A stretch of DNA of 64,000 nucleotides from Alteromonadaceae bacterium (lineage in GTDB: Bacteria > Pseudomonadota > Gammaproteobacteria > Enterobacterales > Alteromonadaceae). The position numbers and the translations under genes are program-made. Location of the stretch: NCBI GenBank assembly GCA_023301705.1, contig JALZUE010000023.1:3454-67453 (forward strand), in the 5' to 3' direction. Below, in pieces: positions 19,184-30,186 of the stretch (position 1 is its first letter; every line of letters begins with the position of its first letter). A model generated the notes under the pieces. It was not told the DNA's origin. It worked only from the letters and a program-made list of their open reading frames with translations, and ran no database searches.

Positions 19184-19729
19184 ATGAAAAAGTCGTACGG
19201 TTTTACTATTATTGAATTAGTGGTAATTATTATTTTATTAAGTATTTTGGCTGCTAATGCTATACCCAGATTTACCGGTTCAAGCACGGTAGAGCCATAT
19301 ACATACCGAGCGCAACTCATTGCGGCACTTCGTTTAACTCAGCAACGAGCTATGCAGCAAACAACCCCACAACAGCAAACTAATACCAGCGCAAATATTA
19401 CTAATTTTTGTCATCAAATCGTGCTTGATAATATACAAGCGAGGTACGGTATTCCTGACAGAACAGACTGTACTGTTACTACATTTGCCAATAATTGGCA
19501 ACCTGATGGTACTGGCGCAGAAGTTGAAAGTAGTCAAAACATTACATTTTCATTAGTTAATTCGATCGGTAACGCCGTGAATAACCCTGCAACAATTCAA
19601 TTTGATAATCTTGGTAGGCCTTTGAATACCAGTAGTAATAGTTGTCAAAATGGCTGTGAAATTGAAATTTCTGGTGATGAAAATATTCGTATAAGAATAG
19701 AGTCTGAAGGTTATATTCATGCTATTTAA
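19184..19729 (+). CDS. mshC: MSHA minor pilin MshC (prepilin-like)
   Basis: Starts MKKSYG|FTIIELVVIIILLSILAANAIPRF. Named by order in the locus. Confidence 0.72.
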   Translation: MKKSYGFTIIELVVIIILLSILAANAIPRFTGSSTVEPYTYRAQLIAALRLTQQRAMQQTTPQQQTNTSANITNFCHQIVLDNIQARYGIPDRTDCTVTTFANNWQPDGTGAEVESSQNITFSLVNSIGNAVNNPATIQFDNLGRPLNTSSNSCQNGCEIEISGDENIRIRIESEGYIHAI

Positions 19730-19754
19730 GTTATTGTCTTTATCTTCAAATACC

Positions 19755-20318
19755 ATGATGGTGACCAAACGAAATGTAATACGTGGCTTTACCTTAATTG
19801 AAATGATTATTGGTTTGTTAGTGTTTGCTATTGCTTTGTCATTAGTGACAACTTTATTAATACCAGCAGAAGAAAACAGCGTAGACCAACTTCACCAAGT
19901 CAAAGCGGCTCAATTAGCAAAAGCATTACTGAATGATATTCTTAATCGATCATTTGATGAAAATTCAGATCGAGATGGCGGTATTTATCGTTGTGGCGAA
20001 GATAAAGATCGTGACGGTACAACTGATTTAATCACAGAGAATTGTACGAGTGAGGCTAACTTTGGCACTGATATAGGTGAAAATACGCGCAGTGATTATG
20101 ACGATGTCGACGATTTTAACGGTTTTTCTACTTTAGTTACAGCAACAGATACTGCGTTAGATACTAGTTATAGTGCTTTTCAATTATCGGTTAGTGTTGA
20201 GTATGCAGGAATAGAAATTAATTCAGCCTCAAATTTAAGTGCAAAACGTATTACGGTGAATGTAACCACCCCCTTAAATACAAGTATTCAATTTTCAGCT
20301 TATAAAGGGAATTATTGA
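19755..20318 (+). CDS. mshD: MSHA minor pilin MshD (prepilin-like)
   Basis: The ORF track starts at 19719, overlapping mshC. The ATG at 19755 gives MMVTKRNVIRG|FTLIEMIIGLLVFAIAL. Confidence 0.7.
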   Translation: MMVTKRNVIRGFTLIEMIIGLLVFAIALSLVTTLLIPAEENSVDQLHQVKAAQLAKALLNDILNRSFDENSDRDGGIYRCGEDKDRDGTTDLITENCTSEANFGTDIGENTRSDYDDVDDFNGFSTLVTATDTALDTSYSAFQLSVSVEYAGIEINSASNLSAKRITVNVTTPLNTSIQFSAYKGNY

Positions 20319-20319
20319 A

Positions 20320-21186
20320 ATGAACCCTTCGACTAAGGTAACTATAAAAGGTTTTTCAAAACAACAAGGTTTTACGCTAATTGAATTAATTGTGGTTATT
20401 GTTTTGCTGGGAGTAACATCGGTAGGTATCGCTCAAATTTTAAGCTTAGGTACCCAGAGCTACGTCAATAGTGTTGAGCGCGATCAATTAATGAATAGTG
20501 CCCGTTTTGGCATTGAGCGGCTTAATAGAGAAATTTCTGCTGCTTTACCTAACAGTGTAAGAAGCTTTTCTGTAAGCGATAATGGTAGTAATGTTGAGTG
20601 TATAGAGTTTGTTCCGATTTTAGCAAGCTCTACCTATTTAGATTTTACTAATTTAGCGACTAATCAATTTAATGTGGTTGAGTTTAACGATGCTCAAGGT
20701 AATTTAGGTACATGTACTGAATCATGTGGAAATGTTGCTATTTATACTTTATCGAATGATGATGTTTATGTTGATCCAGAACAAACTTCAGGTCAGTTAT
20801 TCTCTGTTGATGAAATAACCTTAACGGCCACCGACAATCTTTTGCAAGTGACGCTAAACAATAATGTAACTGTAGAAGCTTTATCACCAACAGATAGAGT
20901 ATTCTTTATAAACCAACCTGTTCGCTATTGTATGAATAATAGTACTAATGAGCTTTTTCGTTTAACAGGATATGATATTGCTACTGATTTAACTGTTTCA
21001 GTTTCACCTAACAACTTAACCGGTACGTTAATGGCAGAAAATATTATTGATGCTAATTTTAATATACAAAGTGCATCATTAACGCGTAATGCAATTGTAT
21101 TAGTTGATTTAACGTTTCAAAGTAATATTGACAGCAGTGAAGTTATTCCTTTTAGTCAAGAAATTGCAATATTGAACACACCATAA
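20320..21186 (+). CDS. mshO: MSHA minor pilin-like protein MshO
   Basis: 288 aa. A long leader ends in KQQG|FTLIELIVVIVLLGV. Confidence 0.7.
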   Translation: MNPSTKVTIKGFSKQQGFTLIELIVVIVLLGVTSVGIAQILSLGTQSYVNSVERDQLMNSARFGIERLNREISAALPNSVRSFSVSDNGSNVECIEFVPILASSTYLDFTNLATNQFNVVEFNDAQGNLGTCTESCGNVAIYTLSNDDVYVDPEQTSGQLFSVDEITLTATDNLLQVTLNNNVTVEALSPTDRVFFINQPVRYCMNNSTNELFRLTGYDIATDLTVSVSPNNLTGTLMAENIIDANFNIQSASLTRNAIVLVDLTFQSNIDSSEVIPFSQEIAILNTP

Positions 21187-21226
21187 ATTTGATTTGAATT
21201 AACTCTTGGATATTAATCTTGTGAAA

Positions 21227-21661
21227 ATGATGAATAAAAAACAACAGCAAGGTTCTATTTTACTCTTAGCCATTATGATTATTTTAATTTTTTCAGTTGT
21301 GGGGTTAGCAATTGTAAAAACGCAAGAAACAACTGGTGAAACAATTGCTCAAGAAGTATTAGGTACACGAGCATTAATGGCAGCAAGATCTGGGTTGGAA
21401 GCGAATTTAAGTAATATATTTCCTTTAATAGAGCAAACTGGTGATTGTAATGATCAGGCTTTAACCTTTAATGCACCTGGTTTACCCAATTGTACAGCGA
21501 CAGTGACTTGTAACGTTTATGCAACGTTAAACTCTATTAATTACTATCGCGTACAAAGCACAGGGCAATGCGGTACAGGAGCTATCGAAGTAAACAGTAC
21601 GAATATAGTGTTAAGTAGTCGAACTCTTCAAGTAGAAGCACGAACTGTTGAAAGGCAATAA
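21227..21661 (+). CDS. mshP: MSHA biogenesis protein MshP (PilX-like N-terminal helix)
   Basis: The ORF track starts at TTG 21206. The ATG at 21227 gives MMNKKQQQGSILLLAIMIILIFSVVGLAIV. The mature part contains four Cys. Assigned by position. Confidence 0.6.
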   Translation: MMNKKQQQGSILLLAIMIILIFSVVGLAIVKTQETTGETIAQEVLGTRALMAARSGLEANLSNIFPLIEQTGDCNDQALTFNAPGLPNCTATVTCNVYATLNSINYYRVQSTGQCGTGAIEVNSTNIVLSSRTLQVEARTVERQ

Positions 21662-21727
21662 TCATATGGTCGGTGCAACGATAAAACATAAACTAATGGT
21701 GATTCACAGAGCCTTTAGGAGGAATGC

Positions 21728-24700
21728 ATGTTTTTAATGAGATTTAAGTTATTAATCATAGGCTTATTTTTTTTATGTAGTCACAGTGCTTTTGCAATTT
21801 CTCAATGTGAAGATGTTTTTCCTGCTGTTACGGCTGAATACGATACTGAGGTTGCTGGTACACAGCTTACTTTGCCAAATTTTCTAAGTAGTAGCGGTGC
21901 TAACGGTGATGTAGGCACTGACATTGGTGGTAATTTAGTTGTTAGAGAAGGTGACTATAGAGCTATTCTTGTAAGACCTAACGTTAGCCTAACCTTCACC
22001 GATAGTGGTGGGTTATATAAAGCAGATAGTTTAGAAATAAGAAGTAATGCTAGGGTCGCCTTTGCTGCGGGTGATTACTTTTTTAGTAGCTTTACTATGT
22101 TAGAAGATAGTGAATTATTCATTTTTGGTTCAGGTACTGTACGAATTTATGTTGAAAACAACCTAATACTCGAAAGTGAAGTGGCGATTAACGATGACGA
22201 AAACCCATTGTTACTCTTAGTTTACGGTAACGTAATGGCTAATGATGCAACCGATATTCGTTTTAATGGCTTATTGTATGCTCAAGAAAGCATTAATATA
22301 GGTAATAGTATTGATATTGATGGCGCTTTTACAGCGTTAAATGTAAATTTGATAAATCCTGAAATATTAAGTTATGAAGACGACTTTTTAAGTGAAATTG
22401 ATTTTAATGGTACCTGCGAAACATCTACTTTAAATACTGACGGTGTGTTACTAGGTTATTACCCTTTTGAACAAGCTAATTTAACGGCGAATATTATTGA
22501 TGTTAGCGGTAATGACAATAACGGCATAAATAATGGTGGCACAATAACACCAACAGGGCGCTATTGTAGAGGGTTTAACTCTAATGGTAGTAATACTTCA
22601 AACATCACTAATAATGCATTTTCAACAGGTATTGATTTAGATGATAGTGTAGGTATTGAGGGGACGATTAGCTTTTGGTATCAAGCAAATAATGATTGGG
22701 GTGATACTACACGTACCATATTTGATGCTTCTTCTATTAATGATGAAGGTGATGAAGATGATAATACCTCTTTTTATTTAAGTATTACGCAAGAAAGAGT
22801 GTTGAGTTTTCAATTTGAAAATAGAGATGATAGAAACTTTATTATTGAAGAGGTGTTACCAATAGGTGTGGGTGACAGTGGTGATTGGCATTACCTTTCA
22901 GTGACATGGAATTTAAGGAATGACATATTTCAACTTTATATTGATGGCGATTTATTCATAGAACGTTCTGAAAATAATGACGGCGAAGATTTCGATACGG
23001 ATAGAAATTTTGGCGAATTAGGTAATCTTATTTTTGGTGATAATGCGACTACATCTATTCACGATAGCCCCTTTACATCTGCTGATGGTAACTTTGATGA
23101 AGTTCGTGTTTACAGTGGTGTACTCACAGAAAATGAAATTCAAAATGATATGAATGATGTTAATTGTATTGATCATTATCAAATTCATCATGATTTAACC
23201 GGTTTAACGTGTGCCCCTGAAACATTAACAATCAAAGCATGTGGTAGTGCTTTTAATAGTACTTTTTGTGAAGAATCTGGAGAACAAGTTTCATTAAATA
23301 TTACAGCATCATCATCAAACAATAATTCGACATTAGCTAGTGTAAACTTTGTCGGTGAAACGACAGTTAATGTAAATAACAGGACTGCCGAAACCACCTT
23401 TTTAGGTATTTCTGGTGAAACACTGATAGCGTCAAATGGTTTTCGTTGTATTGAAAATAATACGCCTAATGAATCAAATTGTGCAATTTTGTTTGCAAAT
23501 ACAGGCTTTATATTTTCATCGTCTGACTTTTCAGGCACTGTTGACGGCATTGAAGATCAATTATCAGGTAAAGATTCAAGTGTTGGGTACAATAGAAAGC
23601 TGATTTCATTACAGGTTGTGACTGCCGGAGCAACAAATGATTGTTTCGCAAGAAATATTAATGAAAGTTCAGCATCAGGATTTTCTAGTATTCAGTTAGC
23701 AGCTGAATGTACTGATAATAGCAGTTGTACTTCAAGTTTATCCGTTGATTCAGCAGATATTTTAACATTTTCTAATTTTGATGGAACGCCTGTTAACTAC
23801 AGTGATATTGATTTAGGGTTTAGAGGGGCTGATACGGCAAGCTTTATATTAAACTACCCTGAAGCAGGGTCGATGAAATTACATGCTCGCTACAATATTC
23901 CTGCAGATGACAATACATTTTCAGGTGACTTTATCACAGGAGAAGCCAGCTTTACGGTAAGGCCACTAGGTTTTCACGTGTTAGTAGAAGAAACAGGAAG
24001 TAATAAGGCTAATCCCGCATCAGAGAGTGCAAACGGTTCTGCGTTTATAGGTGCTGGTGAAAATTTTAACCTCACGGTTACAGCGAAACAATGGGAAGCT
24101 GATGACGATATAAATGATGATGGCCGACCTGATATTAACGCTAATTTGGCAAATAATAGAACCACTACTGAGTTTAACGATAATATAAGCCTTAACCACC
24201 AACTATTAACGCCTTTTGGTGGGCGAAACCCTAATTTATCTGCATCTAACTTTTCACCATTTAATAATGGTGTTGCAACGCTTACCACTTCATGGCCTGA
24301 AGTTGGGGTTTTAGTACTGAATCATACTATAGAAGATAATGATTATTTTGGGGCGGGTGATGTTCAAAATGCAGATGTTTTTGTAGGACGTTTTACTCCT
24401 GACCATTATAGACAAACAGTAGAAGTTAACGAACGTGACGATGAAGGTGAAGCATCAGGTCATGGAACATTAACCAGCAATGACTTTCACTGGGTATACA
24501 CAGGCGAAACTGAAAGTGACGGTGTTACAGGAACAATTCGTTATGATGAACAGCCTGAATTAAGAATTACTGCCTATTCTAAAAGTAACACGGTTACACA
24601 AAATTATACTATTGGTGGTGACTTTATTACCTTAGGCGCAGAAGGCCTTAGTATTGCTACACCAACAAACAATCTGGTTGTTGAAGGTAATGAAGCTAAT

Positions 24701-25405
24701 GGTGAAGAAAGAAGAGGGTTTGGCGTCGATAATGTTACTCCGCTATCACTCACGGGTAGTTTAACGTCAGGAAACATAGAAGCGCACTCAGATATAGAAG
24801 GGGCTCTTCTATATACATTTAATGACCTTGATCATTTTGTTTATACTAAAGAAGCAAATAGTAAAGTTGCACCTTTTGTTGCTGAAATACCTTTAACAGT
24901 GACCTCTATTATTGACAGTGATGGTATAACTCAAGGTGTGAACAATGAAGGGAACGCGTTTTTGGAAACAGCCATTCCAACGGAAATAGATGTATTTTTT
25001 GGTCGTTTGTTTATTCCAAACAGTTATGGCCCAGAAACAGAACCATTGACAATTCCTATGCAATTACAGTTTTTTGATGGAAATAATTACGTAATCAATA
25101 GTGAAGATAACTTAACGTCGTTATCAACTGAAAATAATGAATTTCTTATCACTGATAGTAATGCAAGTGTTAATTTAGTTACCAATAAACCTATTGATGG
25201 CTATGTCTACTTTATTGATTTAACCTCGCAAATTAGCACAAATAATGGCCGTGGCAAGGTCAACTTTACATACAGTGTTGAAGAGTGGTTAAAAACAGAT
25301 ACGAATAATGATGGCCTTTTTGATGAAGATCCAAGTGCGAGTGCACAGTTTGGTGTTTTTAGAGGTAATGATCGTATTATTTTATGGCGAGAAATTAGTC
25401 CATAA
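21728..25405 (+). CDS. mshQ: MSHA biogenesis protein MshQ (large secreted protein with a LamG/ConA-like lectin-fold domain)
   Basis: 1225 aa with signal peptide MFLMRFKLLIIGLFFLCSHSAFA. LamG-like signatures are GTISFWYQ..., WHYLSVTW...LYIDGDL and GNFDEVRVYSGVLTENEI. It is the last gene of the locus. Confidence 0.75.
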   Translation: MFLMRFKLLIIGLFFLCSHSAFAISQCEDVFPAVTAEYDTEVAGTQLTLPNFLSSSGANGDVGTDIGGNLVVREGDYRAILVRPNVSLTFTDSGGLYKADSLEIRSNARVAFAAGDYFFSSFTMLEDSELFIFGSGTVRIYVENNLILESEVAINDDENPLLLLVYGNVMANDATDIRFNGLLYAQESINIGNSIDIDGAFTALNVNLINPEILSYEDDFLSEIDFNGTCETSTLNTDGVLLGYYPFEQANLTANIIDVSGNDNNGINNGGTITPTGRYCRGFNSNGSNTSNITNNAFSTGIDLDDSVGIEGTISFWYQANNDWGDTTRTIFDASSINDEGDEDDNTSFYLSITQERVLSFQFENRDDRNFIIEEVLPIGVGDSGDWHYLSVTWNLRNDIFQLYIDGDLFIERSENNDGEDFDTDRNFGELGNLIFGDNATTSIHDSPFTSADGNFDEVRVYSGVLTENEIQNDMNDVNCIDHYQIHHDLTGLTCAPETLTIKACGSAFNSTFCEESGEQVSLNITASSSNNNSTLASVNFVGETTVNVNNRTAETTFLGISGETLIASNGFRCIENNTPNESNCAILFANTGFIFSSSDFSGTVDGIEDQLSGKDSSVGYNRKLISLQVVTAGATNDCFARNINESSASGFSSIQLAAECTDNSSCTSSLSVDSADILTFSNFDGTPVNYSDIDLGFRGADTASFILNYPEAGSMKLHARYNIPADDNTFSGDFITGEASFTVRPLGFHVLVEETGSNKANPASESANGSAFIGAGENFNLTVTAKQWEADDDINDDGRPDINANLANNRTTTEFNDNISLNHQLLTPFGGRNPNLSASNFSPFNNGVATLTTSWPEVGVLVLNHTIEDNDYFGAGDVQNADVFVGRFTPDHYRQTVEVNERDDEGEASGHGTLTSNDFHWVYTGETESDGVTGTIRYDEQPELRITAYSKSNTVTQNYTIGGDFITLGAEGLSIATPTNNLVVEGNEANGEERRGFGVDNVTPLSLTGSLTSGNIEAHSDIEGALLYTFNDLDHFVYTKEANSKVAPFVAEIPLTVTSIIDSDGITQGVNNEGNAFLETAIPTEIDVFFGRLFIPNSYGPETEPLTIPMQLQFFDGNNYVINSEDNLTSLSTENNEFLITDSNASVNLVTNKPIDGYVYFIDLTSQISTNNGRGKVNFTYSVEEWLKTDTNNDGLFDEDPSASAQFGVFRGNDRIILWREISP

Positions 25406-25561
25406 TCCTATGTTCTGAATATCTTTTTTATCAATTTTTTTCACTCGGTCTATTACATAGTTAAATACTACGTTATGATTACTAAAAATTTACACCCTTG
25501 TTATGTTGCACTAACGTAATAAGCTGATAATTGAAGTCTATGTTAGTGACTTATTAGGTAA

Positions 25562-26620
<1,059 letters not shown>

Positions 26621-26703
26621 AAAGTAATTACTTTAATGTAAATGGTGAATACGTTTGTGTTCACCATTTTTGATTTTATACCAATAAAAATGATAGCTAT
26701 TCG

Positions 26704-27594
26704 ATGAATCCGATATTTAAAAACGGCCCTTCTACTCCGTATCGATTAATTTTGGTACTGTGCTGCTCTATCATTTTAATGATATTAGACAACAAGTTTA
26801 ATCAATTTGAACATATTCGCAGTTATCTTCAATCATTAGCTAGTCCGCTGCAATATATTGCCAATGCTCCCAAACAGCTTTTAACTTGGACAAGTGAAAA
26901 CTTTGTTACTCAACAACAGTTATTAAAAGAAAACAAAGCGTATAAATCGAAAGAAATTTTTTATCAAGAACAGGCAATGCAATTACGTATTGTGCAAAAT
27001 GAAAATGACCGATTACGTAAATTATTGGCTTCACCATTAAAAACTGAATTCAGAAAGATGGTGGCAGAAATCATTTCTGTAGATAGCGATCCATACAGCC
27101 ATCAAGTAGTGATTAATCGGGGTGCCAAAAGCGGTGTTTTTGAAGGGCAAGCTGTGCTCGATTATCAAGGTGTTGTAGGTCAAGTTCTTCATGTAGGTGT
27201 AAGTAGCAGTCGCGTTATTTTAATTACCGATATTACACATGCAATACCAGTAAGAAATAATAGAAATGGAATACGTATGGTTGCTTCAGGAACAGGTAAA
27301 ATAGATAGATTAACTTTGAACCATGTTCCTCATAGCGTTGATATTAAAGTAGGGGATGTTTTAGTTACTTCTGGTTTGGGTGCTAAGTACCCAGAGGGTT
27401 ATCCAGTAGCTACTGTTACTTCTATTGAGCAAGATGAATCTAGACCGTTTGCGCAAGTTAATACAACGCCTATCGCTAAAATAGATAGATTACGTTACCT
27501 ATTATTATTATCAAAACAACCTGACAGTGACATATTACTTAAAATGAAAGATCAATCTAATAATGATGTTGAGGTAAGCAATGTCAGCGAATAA
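26704..27594 (+). CDS. mreC: Rod shape-determining protein MreC
   Basis: 296 aa with a TM segment and coiled-coil, then GQVLHVGVSSSRVILITD and YPEGYPVATV. It follows mreB. Confidence 0.93.
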   Translation: MNPIFKNGPSTPYRLILVLCCSIILMILDNKFNQFEHIRSYLQSLASPLQYIANAPKQLLTWTSENFVTQQQLLKENKAYKSKEIFYQEQAMQLRIVQNENDRLRKLLASPLKTEFRKMVAEIISVDSDPYSHQVVINRGAKSGVFEGQAVLDYQGVVGQVLHVGVSSSRVILITDITHAIPVRNNRNGIRMVASGTGKIDRLTLNHVPHSVDIKVGDVLVTSGLGAKYPEGYPVATVTSIEQDESRPFAQVNTTPIAKIDRLRYLLLLSKQPDSDILLKMKDQSNNDVEVSNVSE

Positions 27595-28060
27595 CGGAAT
27601 GATTGTTTTAATAACATTTTTATTCGCGATGGTTGTAAGTATTATGCCGATGCCTTTAAGTATTGACGCCTTTAGGCCTGATTGGGTCTTAGCTGTTTTA
27701 GTTTATTGGGCTATTGCTTTACCGTATCGTGTTAATGTATTTACCGCTGGTTTTCTTGGTTTTTTGCTGGATGTTTTATTAGGTGGAACAATAGGCATAC
27801 ATTCTGCTGCTATGGCTATAGTGGTATACATCGCCACAGTAAATTGTCAAAAAATACGAAACTTTTCTTTATGGCAACAGTCTTTAGTAGTTGGTACTTT
27901 AGCTACATTGTATCATTTATTACTGTTTTGGTTACAACGCTTTTTAAGTGATGTAGTTTTCTTACCGAGTTATTTATATCCAGTATCGACAACGGTTATT
28001 TTATGGCCGTGGCTGTTTTTATTATTAAGAAAAATACGAAGACATTTTAAAATCACATAA
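27581..28060 (+). CDS. mreD: Rod shape-determining protein MreD
   Basis: 159 aa polytopic membrane protein. It overlaps the mreC stop. Confidence 0.9.
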   Translation: MSANNGMIVLITFLFAMVVSIMPMPLSIDAFRPDWVLAVLVYWAIALPYRVNVFTAGFLGFLLDVLLGGTIGIHSAAMAIVVYIATVNCQKIRNFSLWQQSLVVGTLATLYHLLLFWLQRFLSDVVFLPSYLYPVSTTVILWPWLFLLLRKIRRHFKIT

Positions 28061-28077
28061 AACATAATGAGAATTCT

Positions 28078-28656
28078 ATGCTTGTTTTGGCATCACAGTC
28101 GCCTCGTCGTCAATCATTATTAAGCCAATTAGGTGTTAAATTTTTAATACACAGTGCTGATATTGACGAATCTGTACATATTAATGAGTTACCTTCGAAC
28201 TATGTTGAGCGCTTAGCTATTGAAAAGGCTAAAGCTATTGTTGATTTACCTGAATACAATATAGCGTCAGTTATTGGCTCAGATACGTGTGTTGTTATTG
28301 ATAATTGTATTTTGGGTAAACCTGAAAGCAAACAACATTGTATCGAAATGTTAATGGCATTATCAGGACAAAAGCATCAGGTGTATACTGCTGTTGCTAT
28401 CGTTACTAAAAAAATTGTAAAAGTTGTTACAGTGGTGACTCATGTCGAATTTAAAGAATTAACAGAGTTTGAAATTATTGCTTATTGGCAGTCAGGTGAG
28501 CCACAAGATAAAGCTGGTTCTTATGGTATTCAAGGTTTGGGTGGTCAATTTGTTAAATCAATTGATGGCAGTTATTCTTCGGTTGTAGGTCTACCATTGG
28601 TAGAAACAGCTATGTTATTAGATGAATGTAAGATTCAGCGTCAACCTTTCTGCTAA
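28078..28656 (+). CDS. maf: Maf-like nucleoside triphosphate pyrophosphatase (YhdE)
   Basis: Starts MLVLASQSPRRQSLLSQLGV and contains DKAGSYGIQG. Confidence 0.92.
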   Translation: MLVLASQSPRRQSLLSQLGVKFLIHSADIDESVHINELPSNYVERLAIEKAKAIVDLPEYNIASVIGSDTCVVIDNCILGKPESKQHCIEMLMALSGQKHQVYTAVAIVTKKIVKVVTVVTHVEFKELTEFEIIAYWQSGEPQDKAGSYGIQGLGGQFVKSIDGSYSSVVGLPLVETAMLLDECKIQRQPFC

Positions 28657-28700
28657 TCGTATTAATAACGCTTTTAACCATACACTAACAGGAATTATTT

Positions 28701-30182
28701 ATGAGTGGTGAATTACTAATTAATGTAACACCAAGTGAAACACGCGTTGCTCTTATTGGTAATGGTGTATTACAAGAAGTTCATGTTGAGCGTGAATCTA
28801 AGCGAGGCTTAGTTGGTAATATATACTTAGGTAAAGTTATTCGTGTATTACCTGGTATGCAAGCAGCTTTTGTTGACATTAATTTAGAAAAAGCAGCTTT
28901 CTTACATGCCGCTGATATTAACTCTAAATTAATAACCACTACTGATGATAAAAACACTTCAGAGCAGAATTCGCAACAAGTACCAGATATTAAAAGCTTA
29001 GTGCATGAAGGCCAGTTAATAATGGTACAAGTAGTTAAAGATCCTTTAGGCACAAAAGGGGCTCGTTTAACCACCGACATTACCATTGCTTCTCGTTACT
29101 TAGTATTGATGCCAGACTCTAGTCATGCGGGTATTTCACAGCGTATTGATGATGACAAAGAACGCCATCGTTTAAAAAACATTGTAACTCCTTACTGTGA
29201 TGATACTCATGGTTTTATTGTTCGTACTGCAGCTGAAGGTGTTGGCGATGAGGAATTAAAACATGATGCTGATTTTTTACGACGATTATGGTTAAAAGTG
29301 ATAGAGCGTAAAAAAAGGCGTCAAACCAAGAAACCTATTTATCAAGATTTAGCGCTAGCTTTTAGAGTGATTCGAGACTTTGTTGGTATAGATTTAGAGC
29401 GTATTCGTATTGATTCAAAGTTAACTTATGATGAACTTGTTGAATTTACGCAAGAGTTTGTGCCTGAACTTGCTAAAGTGATGGAGTATTACCCTGGTGA
29501 GCGCCCGATTTTTGATTTGTTTGATGTTGAACAAGAAATTCAGCGAGCTTTACATCGTAAAATTGATTTGAAATCAGGAGGCTCATTAATTATTGATCAA
29601 ACCGAAGCCATGACCACGATTGATATTAATACCGGTGGCTTTGTTGGACACAGAAATTTAGAAGAAACTATTTTCAATACCAACATTGAAGCAACGCAAT
29701 CAATTGCTCGTCAATTACGTTTACGTAATTTGGGCGGTATTATTATTATTGATTTTATCGATATGAAAAATAAAGAGCACCGTAAACGTGTTCTTCATAG
29801 TTTAGAAGCTGCTTTATCAAAAGATAATGTTAAATTTAACGTGCATGACTTTTCGCCATTAGGTTTAGTTGAAATGACACGTAAACGTACAAGGGAAAGC
29901 CTTGAGCATATTTTATGTGGTGAATGTGTGGTGTGTCATGGACGTGGACAAATTAAAACGGTAGAAACTGTTTGTTTTGAAATTTTACGTGAAATTGTTC
30001 GGGTTAAACGAGCTTTTGATGCTGATAAATTTATTGTTTATGCGTCTTTTGCTGTTTGTGAATCGTTAATCAATGATGAGTACCATCACCTTGCTGAGCT
30101 TGAAGTCTTTATTGGAAAACAAATTAAAGTTCAAACAGAACCCATGTATAATCAAGAACAATTCGATGTTGTTATGATGTAA
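28701..30182 (+). CDS. rng: Ribonuclease G
   Basis: 493 aa. It has an S1 domain (GNIYLGKVIRVLPGMQAAFVDI) and the RNase E/G catalytic core (IIDQTEAMTTIDINTG...GIIIIDFIDM). Confidence 0.95.
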   Translation: MSGELLINVTPSETRVALIGNGVLQEVHVERESKRGLVGNIYLGKVIRVLPGMQAAFVDINLEKAAFLHAADINSKLITTTDDKNTSEQNSQQVPDIKSLVHEGQLIMVQVVKDPLGTKGARLTTDITIASRYLVLMPDSSHAGISQRIDDDKERHRLKNIVTPYCDDTHGFIVRTAAEGVGDEELKHDADFLRRLWLKVIERKKRRQTKKPIYQDLALAFRVIRDFVGIDLERIRIDSKLTYDELVEFTQEFVPELAKVMEYYPGERPIFDLFDVEQEIQRALHRKIDLKSGGSLIIDQTEAMTTIDINTGGFVGHRNLEETIFNTNIEATQSIARQLRLRNLGGIIIIDFIDMKNKEHRKRVLHSLEAALSKDNVKFNVHDFSPLGLVEMTRKRTRESLEHILCGECVVCHGRGQIKTVETVCFEILREIVRVKRAFDADKFIVYASFAVCESLINDEYHHLAELEVFIGKQIKVQTEPMYNQEQFDVVMM

Positions 30183-30186
30183 TTCA

